From contig NW_019217842.1 of assembly GCF_002571385.2 (NCBI RefSeq), forward strand, positions 852,020-906,755: 54,736 nucleotides of DNA, written 5' to 3'. The translations under genes were made by a program, and so were the position numbers. The notes below the pieces were generated by a model. The model was given only the letters and a program-made list of their open reading frames with translations, made no database searches and had not been told where the DNA came from. Every line of letters starts with the position of its first letter. Positions within the stretch are counted from its first letter, which is position 1. The DNA is from Stylophora pistillata (taxonomy: Eukaryota). Of the stretch, positions 49,450 through 54,736 are shown piece by piece.

Positions 49450-50451
49450 AGTAGTATATTGCGCCTGTATGGCACCATTACATATTCATGTTTTCATAAG
49501 TAACTATTCATACCGTGTAGGTGTACGAGGGGTTTTAAGGTTAGGGTTAGGGTTAGGGTTAAATTTTGCGTAGGTGTACGAGGGGTTATTAGGGTTAGGG
49601 TTTTTAAAATTTAATGGTTTTCTCAAAACAATGGGAACAAAAGAATCCAAGATGGAATGTGTTGAAGGAATATAAAAAACATACTGAGAATGGAACAATC
49701 CCCAAAAGATTGAAATGAAGGAAACGTTACCCTAAGATGCAAAGTGCTGAAGCTCAGAAACGTGTCAATGAAACATACCATCAAGTAGAATATACGGTCT
49801 TAGATCAGGCGATTCAAGAGATTGAAAAGAATCTTGCCGCACACAAAGAAAAATATCAATCCTTGCTACAACAGCGACAAAGTGAGCGACAAGTACCGGA
49901 AGGCAGGAAAGAAAAGACACCCAAGATATCTCACCAGACACAGGTAAAAACTGAATTGATCGAATTATAGAAAAAATACCATCAACTCTGTGCCAAGTTA
50001 GACACATTCTCAAAATCTAGCGAGAACAAAGATACCTTACACACGGGAAAAGAAGGTGTTAGTGGTGTTTGAGGCGGTGATACGTTAGGGAAAGTGGTGA
50101 GACTAATACATAAAAAGCACAGAACCTTACATTTTTTCATTAGTATCGCTGTGACACGAAATGGGAGTCGTTTTACCTTGATAAACTTCTGATCGGATAA
50201 TGCCACACCTTTGCCGCTGCTGCAATAGAGCATTCACGCGTTCGGATAACAAAGAGCGTCACGAGAAAAGTTCATGAGTGAACTCAAGGGTCAATCCAAG
50301 TCAATGGTTCCCTTCAACTGTGGATACCCATTCCATTCCATCCGTGACTACAGACCCTAACTCTAAAACCCCTCGTACACCTACACGGTATGAATAATTA
50401 CTTATGAATATATGAATATGTAATGAGGCCATACAGGCGCAATATACTACT
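49450..50451. mobile_element. 1.0-kb miniature Polinton/Maverick-like element
   Basis: ~100-bp TIRs AGTAGTATATTGCGCCTGTATGG / CCATACAGGCGCAATATACTACT, with an exact 6-bp TSD AAGAAT (49444-49449 and 50452-50457). TTAGGG repeats lie at the inner TIR edge. Confidence 0.75.
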
Positions 50452-50772
50452 AAGAATTCTCCTCTAAACTACTATTATTAAGAAAAAACTAACGTTCAAA
50501 GATTGTTTGTATCGATGTGTATACTTCTATAAATGCCATTCTTCTTGCAGGGAATGAGCATTACGCCATCTAATTTAGCAGTATGACTTAGTATAATGAT
50601 GTGTCTCGAAGATACTGACACGTTGTTAAGGTTGAATTAATCTCATAATCATGTGTGCAGGAAAAGCAGTTAAGCAGTGAAAAAGTCGTGATCATTAACT
50701 GCTGGCGAATCTGGCAGTAAACGTTCATTTATATTCTTAACCCCGGTGAATAATAAACGTACTTCCCATAAA

Positions 50773-51144
50773 GAGGGGGGCACTGAGGTCTATTAAAAAC
50801 CACAAAACCGTAGAGAATATCAACCAAAACCGCAAGAAACTTCGATCAAAACCGGAAACCGTATGCAAAACTATAAAAACCGAAACATTTTCAAATCCAA
50901 ATTATCAAAACCCTAATCGATCCGATACAGAGGTGACAAGAGAAGCATAAAGAGGCTTCACAGCTGTTCGAGATCAGACTGGAGCCTAAATAGGAAAAAC
51001 TGAAAACCAAATGCTTAAAAACAGAAAATCCGCAAACCGCAATGAACACCAAAATCGAAAAACCGATGCTTTTTGGCGCAAAAACCGTAAAACCGATCTG
51101 AAAAGTAGCCAAACCACAAAACCAGAAATCCCAATGCCCCCTTC
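50773..51144. mobile_element. MITE with GAGGGGGGCA-type TIRs and an internal AAAACCG array
   Basis: GAGGGGGGCACTG and CAATGCCCCCTTC match at 11 of 13 positions, and there are many AAAACCG motifs inside. Confidence 0.65.
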
Positions 51145-51439
51145 CAAGTTAGATACTTTTCAGAAAATCCCAGTTAAAGATAAATCATCAATCTTTAGTT
51201 GTATATTGCAATATAATCATTCTGTTACCAAACCGCCACGTTCGGGTTAAATGACGTAATTTTTACGTTTCAAAAAGGGCGTATTATAAATTGTAAAACG
51301 TAATATTCACAGAATTTTTATTTGCTTTTCGGAAAAAAACGGTGACACTATTTACTAGGAATACAATCCTAAGATCAACCTCGGGAAGCTTCAGTCAATT
51401 GATTGCTATTTCTTAATTCGCTACAGTAAATGCATTCGA

Positions 51440-51862
51440 ATGACATTGGATTTTGTCAGACATTTAAGAATAAATATTAGCGAGAAAAACACAAAACGTT
51501 TCGATGACTCCAGGTCATCATTCTCAAGTGAGAAGAAAATAAAAATGAATAGTTAATTTATACCATACGAAGGTGACAAACGTAAAAAGTTAAAATTTTT
51601 TTTTTAAAAAATTTAAATAAATAATTGCGCGTGTTGAGTTCATAAATGTAAACTATTAAATAAATAGTTTCGCACGTATGGAATCCGATTGTTTGTTCAA
51701 AGTGGGCTTCATCTTCTTTATGAAAAGCATTTCATGAACTGAACAGTCCAGTTTCCCGGTGCACTTTTTAAGTACGTCGAAATGCTTGGTCAGGTCGCGG
51801 ATGGTTTGTAGGGCGTGGTCGTTCTTGAGATGTTTGCCGATGGCTGAATTACGGTGCTCATA
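51440..51862 (-). mobile_element. Inverted Penelope pseudo-LTR: GIY-YIG C-terminus plus 3' UTR
   Basis: The minus ORF EHRNSAIGKHL...HEMLFIKKMKPTLNKQSDSIRAKLFI* continues the plus-strand GIY-YIG, which breaks at KHRSSA. Confidence 0.8.
51490..51530 (-). ncRNA. Putative minimal hammerhead ribozyme, U3-A8 core variant
   Basis: The minus strand reads cac UUGAGAA u GAUGAC cugga GUCAUC GAAAC GUUUU gug, located in the Penelope 3' UTR. Confidence 0.45.
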
Positions 51863-53100
51863 AGACACCCTAAGACACACAAAGAGAATCTATCGATGAG
51901 ACCTATCCTATCTGCCACCGGCACTTACAAATATGCCCTCGCCAAGTGGCTTGATGACAAACTGAAGCCCCTGTCAAGTAATCGCTACACAATATCAGAT
52001 ACCTTCTCCTTCGCCGATGAGATTCAAAACCTAGTCATCGACGAGAATGACATTCTGGTATCCTATGACGTCACGTCACTATTCACTAATGTGCCGCTTC
52101 AAGAAACGATCGAAATCATCGCTGAGAAGACGTTCGCTGACAACTGGTTTAATGCTACACACGACCTCAGCATTACAAAGCCTAAACTGGTTCAACTTCT
52201 GGAAGTTGCAACTATGAATCAACTATTCCAATTTGATGGCAATCTTTACGAGCAGATCGACGGTGTGGCCATGGGTTCTCCATTGGGCCCACTTATGGCA
52301 AACGCATTTCTCTGTTCCATCGAAGAAAAACTAGATCAAGACCACAAGCTCCCTGAATTTTACAGAAGGTACGTGGATGACACGTTTGCTATTGTCACAA
52401 GTGTACCAGCGGCAGAAGATTTATTATCAACGCTAAATAACTGCCATCCGTCCATACACTTCACCATGGAGCTAGCATCTGGAAACAAGTTCCTTTTTGT
52501 CGGTATGAAAGTGCTCAAGAAAGGCTGTAAACTAGAAACTAGTGTTTATCAGAAACCAACAAACACAGGCCTACTGCTTCATTACCAGAGCCACGTCGAT
52601 AAAAGGTAAAAGAAATCACTACCCAAGACCATGTTTAATCGTGCATTCCGCCTGTCGTCCACATGGGAGTCCTTCAAATCTGAATGTGATCATCTAAAGA
52701 TGATGTTTACAAACCTCAAGTATCCCGACCACCTCATCAATTCCACCATCTCTCACTTTGTCACCTCAGTTAGGTCGGAAAACCCTGGAGTGCAAGCTCA
52801 ATTATCCATCAACGAAAATGCTGTTCACCGAGTGGTTTTGCCTTTTAAAGATCAAAAGTCAGCTGACGCAGTGAAAAGGCAATTATCAGATCTAAGCAAC
52901 AAAATCGATCACACCCTTCAACCCGTGTTAGAGAGTCGCAAAATCTGTGAAGATCTCAGAATGCGTGAGCCTAAACCTCCTATAGTTAGCCAACAATGCG
53001 TTGTATATAATTATAAATGTGATCTGTGCGATGCAGAGTACGTCGGGTACACCAGCCGGCATTTACATCAACGTATTGATAAGCACCGTAGTTCGGCCAT
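51854..53100 (+). mobile_element. Penelope-like retroelement, 5'-truncated RT plus GIY-YIG endonuclease
   Basis: RT motifs PKTHK, RPI, SYDVTSLFTNVP, GVAMGSPLGP and YRRYVDD. A single in-frame TAA (52607-52609) is followed by VVY..KC..C...YVGYT.R.L..RI..H. The element is cut by an N at 53101. Confidence 0.92.
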
Positions 53101-53292
53101 NTTATTATTATTATTATTATTATTATTATATTGTTACAAATATATATAGGTATGTGTAATGTTTTTCTTTTTTGGGTGGCCTTTTGTAAGGGAACCCTTT
53201 CCTGTTCCTTGGCCTTCCCTCAGCCTTGTATATATGTTAAGCTTGTTGAGAAAATGATTAAAGTAAATTGGCCACCGTAATGATTACGAAAT

Positions 53293-53328
53293 CTGACGTT
53301 TCGAGCGTTAGCCCTTCGTCGGAGCGAA
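53293..53328 (-). ncRNA. Penelope/retrozyme-type minimal hammerhead motif with a mutated core
   Basis: The minus strand reads CU CCGACGA A GGGC UAAC GCUC GAAAC GUC AG. The core is CCGACGA rather than CUGACGA. Confidence 0.6.
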
Positions 53329-54309
53329 TGTCAAACTGTATTAGTTAATCTACTCGCCGTTGTATTTCACAATTACACTGCCAACCCTAAATTTATTTAC
53401 TTACCTAAAAGCTGGCGAAACGCGACTTAAGGAGACCTTTTGAATCTGCATCTTTCTTGATTTGCATTTGCACTATCCACTCGGCTCTCGGTGGAAGTTT
53501 AATCATGTCAATAATTCACCCTCGCTCATCTGCAGAGATATTGACAATAAACAAATTGAAGTAAAAAAAGGAAACGCACAACTTAATTCTCCTTCCCATC
53601 TTCCTCCGCGTTCTTTGTCTGCTTTCTCTCCCCGGGCCCCTCAGACGGCCCACGGGTACGAAGAAAAAAGCACATAGAGGTGCATGCCGTGTTTTTTGGA
53701 AGACTTCCACAAATGCCGTGTCTTCTAAATTAATATAAGTCGTAGACTCGATGACGTTATGTATTCGTTAAGATATCTCTGAAGTCCCACCAACTTATCT
53801 CAAAATATATGCACTTGTTGTATTTTGCCAAAGCGTACCAACGAAAGCCCTGTTCAACCTGTTTCAACACTAAGCTAACTATATGTTAACTATATGTGAA
53901 AAAATGAACCCTGGAAATTGCACTCCTGAATTATTTTCTGCTCCGCCTCTTGTGAGACTGTTAACCTGAATAACTCGGTCCTAAAATTGACCCAATATTG
54001 ACCTAATACTGACCCAATATTAACCCGGCAGCTCAACCAGCCTCGCCTCAACTTAATGTTTTCACTAGTTTAGCACCCAACCAGACCTCTTTCCATCCTA
54101 AAACCCGACAAATCAACCCTGTTTCGATATTGCAAGCAGACGCTCAGGTCTCAAACGCAGCCGGCAAACCAATTTCTCTAAGGTACTTTGGCCATCCTGA
54201 TGATTACTTTGTTAAAACAGTCTATACTCACTTCTCCGGAAAATTTGCGAATCCCGTTCCAGTACGGCTCCGACTTCACTTACAGAGCGAAGTCTAACAA
54301 CAACAAAAA

Positions 54310-54535
54310 TATGAAACATATGTATAAACTGCGGTTATGAAACGTATATGTGCACGATCCTTCGCAGTAAAGCACGATTTGAGCAATAGTGAAAATCAGA
54401 CCTGAAAAAAATTTCAGGCCTGTACGGGATTCGAACCACTGACCTCTGCGATACTAGTGCAGCGCTCTACCAATTGAGCTAACAAGCCAACTGGGAGCAG
54501 GCCATCAAATTAATTCGACATAAACCCGTAGATGA
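54310..54535 (-). repeat. Dispersed repeat containing a tRNA-Thr(AGT)-like pseudo-tRNA (54416-54488, minus strand)
   Basis: Nearly identical to 9847-10069, including the non-tRNA flanks. The T stem is mispaired. Confidence 0.8.
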
Positions 54536-54736
54536 GAGAAGAAGAGCGAAGTCTACCCTGAAGCTGTGCCAGTCATGGTCTGATAATTATGCGTTCATCC
54601 CGTTCTAACATGGAAACAACATTAGGGAATTTACGAACCAGAACGCGACGCAGCCTGAAACGTCACCGGAAGTAATTTGCTCACAAAGTGCTTCACTGCG
54701 CATGCTTGGCGCTAAACTGCAACGCGTCTTCTTCAC

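Noticed and set aside
49540-49600. Chromosome end or telomere fusion site
   Set aside because: Only a few TTAGGG units are present, mirrored inside the TIRs of a mobile element.

Overview
This is AT-rich eukaryotic (metazoan) genomic DNA. The repeat families and gene content fit an anthozoan cnidarian, probably a stony coral (inferred from repeat motifs I recognise). The core of the window is a tandem cluster of six class A (rhodopsin-like) GPCR genes resembling neuropeptide receptors, in the order -,-,+,+,+,-. Four have a single coding exon and two are inverted two-exon paralogues; there is also a TM6-TM7 relic. A spliced proline-rich CD225/dispanin gene starts at the left end. The cluster is full of mobile DNA: a decayed Ty3/Gypsy element with odd LTR junctions and a nested tRNA-SINE, a 2.7-kb long-TIR element with Sola3 hallmarks, a 1-kb Polinton/Maverick-like miniature element (AGTAGT ends, 6-bp TSD, TTAGGG in its TIRs), a near-intact Penelope-like retroelement with hammerhead-ribozyme motifs, tRNA-Thr-like repeats and several MITEs. 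The most interesting signals are (1) receptors with altered activation microswitches (NRY/NRF, D2.50N, NPxxF), (2) apparent 3'-restricted gene conversion and a 3'-flank micro-inversion between the inverted paralogues, with a possible in-frame alternative terminal exon, and (3) a splice acceptor just upstream of all six start codons. There are no prokaryotic systems such as CRISPR. Identities quoted are by-eye estimates and no database searches were run.
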